A DNA stretch of 17,015 nt, taken from an uncultured bacterium (lineage in GTDB: Bacteria > Lernaellota > Lernaellaia > Lernaellales > Lernaellaceae). The notes below the pieces were generated by a model. The model ran no database searches. It was given only the letters and a program-made list of their open reading frames with translations, and was not told the DNA's origin. The stretch lies in the NCBI GenBank assembly GCA_964534375.1, contig CAZHPN010000138.1:1-17015 (forward strand), in the 5' to 3' direction. Shown here one piece after another: positions 15,918 to 17,015 of the stretch. Numbering within the stretch: position 1 is the stretch's first letter; each line of letters begins with the position of its first letter. The position numbers and the translations under genes were made by a program.

Positions 15918-16463
15918 TCATCCGCCCGATCGCCGCAGAAGCTCCTCGTAGGTTTTTTCGCACTGCCGGCACATCTCGCGCGACTTGGCGTCGATCTGTT
16001 CGATGATCGTCGAGGGGTTCATCACGCAAAAAGGGTTGAAGCAGTGGATCAGGCCGAAGGCGTGGCCCAGTTCGTGAATCGCTTCTTTGTACAACCGTTC
16101 CGCGAACTGGTCTTCGTCCGGCGGCATGCCGTAGTTTTCGTTGCGCAGCCGAAAGGTGGACATGACGGCCGCGAGGCCGTCGAGTTGCGCCTCGCCGAAG
16201 AGGAAATCGAAGACCGGCACGAACAGGTCCGCTTCCGTGACGCCCAGAATCCTGGCGGCGTCCGGCGGCGGATTTTCGGTCAGCCGGAGCAGAATCGCCG
16301 CGCCGTGATATTGCTGGCGTTGCGGATCGAACGCGAAGGAAATATCCATGGTCGAGCGCGCGACGGCGACCGGCAGGGAGAACACCCGCTGCAGGACCTC
16401 GGGCAGCGAGGCGAGCAGCGGAATCCGCATGGGGCGGATCAGCGACAAATAAATTCGGCGCAT
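15918..16463 (-). CDS. Archaemetzincin family (peptidase M54) Zn-metalloprotease
   Basis: HELGHAFGLIHCFNPFCVM...C-x2-C, i.e. HExxHxxGxxHC-x4-C-x-M plus a terminal CxxC; FDPQRQQY; DLFVPVFDFLFGEAQ. Confidence 0.92.
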   Translation of the reverse strand: MRRIYLSLIRPMRIPLLASLPEVLQRVFSLPVAVARSTMDISFAFDPQRQQYHGAAILLRLTENPPPDAARILGVTEADLFVPVFDFLFGEAQLDGLAAVMSTFRLRNENYGMPPDEDQFAERLYKEAIHELGHAFGLIHCFNPFCVMNPSTIIEQIDAKSREMCRQCEKTYEELLRRSGG

Positions 16464-16468
16464 GCGGC

Positions 16469-17014
16469 TTATTCTCGCAGGCCGTATTTCTTGATCTTGG
16501 CGTAGAGAGTCGCGCGCTCGATGCCGAGCAGTTCGGCGGCCTGGGCGATGTTTCCCCCGGTTTTGTCGAGGATGCGGCGGATGTGCAGTTGCTCCATTTC
16601 CTCCAGCGAATCGACCGCGGGCAGGCAGCCGCCCTCGTCGAAGGGCAGCGACAGGTCCGCCGCCTGAATGACGTCGCGTTTGGCGACCACCATGGCGCGT
16701 TCGATGACGTTGCGCAATTCGCGGACGTTGCCCGGCCAGCGGTAGCGGCCCAGCACCGACAGCGCCTCGTCGGCAAAGCCGGCGATCGGCTTGCCCATCG
16801 ACTTCGTGAACTTGGCCAGGAAATAGTCCGCCAGCAGCGGGATGTCCGACGGCCGGTCGCGCAGCGGCGGCAAGGCGATCGTGAAGACGTTGAGGCGGTA
16901 ATAGAGGTCTTCGCGGAACCGCCCCTCTTTCACCGCGTGTTCGAGGTCGAGATTGGTGGCGGAAATCACGCGAAAATCGGCCGTGATCAGGTTCTCGCCG
17001 CCCAGGCGCGTGAA
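16469..17014 (-). CDS. Sigma-54-dependent transcriptional activator (NtrC/Fis family), C-terminal part; 5' end outside window
   Basis: FTRLGGENLITADFRVISATN, GRFREDLYYRLNV, PPLRDRPSDI, WPGNVRELRNVIERA, and Fis HTH GGNIAQAAELLGIERATLYAKIKKY. Confidence 0.95.
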   Translation of the reverse strand, partial: FTRLGGENLITADFRVISATNLDLEHAVKEGRFREDLYYRLNVFTIALPPLRDRPSDIPLLADYFLAKFTKSMGKPIAGFADEALSVLGRYRWPGNVRELRNVIERAMVVAKRDVIQAADLSLPFDEGGCLPAVDSLEEMEQLHIRRILDKTGGNIAQAAELLGIERATLYAKIKKYGLRE

Positions 17015-17015
17015 T

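Overview
GC-rich bacterial window whose gene content suggests a deltaproteobacterium-like organism (inference only). It has four blocks. (1) 1-4755 (+): an ordinary rod-shape/elongasome operon, mreB(partial)-mreC-mreD-mrdA-rodA. (2) 4848-10729 (-): a tightly coupled three-gene unit encoding a ~1250-aa membrane protein (Ser/Thr pseudokinase, acidic Pro/Ala/Glu linker, TM helix, helical repeats, FGE-sulfatase domain), an AmmeMemoRadiSam-type radical SAM enzyme and an SGNH-like hydrolase. (3) 11261-15720 (+): an operon behind a sigma-54-type promoter with candidate upstream activator sites. It encodes three glycine-cleavage-H-like proteins that all lack the canonical lipoyl-lysine motif, an unannotated 31-aa membrane peptide, and a Tat-exported HybA/HmcB-like 4x[4Fe-4S] protein plus an NrfD/HybB-like membrane subunit with no catalytic partner. 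(4) 15918-17015 (-): convergent genes for an archaemetzincin protease and a sigma-54 activator (partial). Blocks 3 and 4 are the best candidate for an uncharacterised system. Several intergenic spacers carry 7-bp and 9-bp tandem repeats, some arranged as inverted arms. No rRNA, tRNA, CRISPR array or transposase was recognised.
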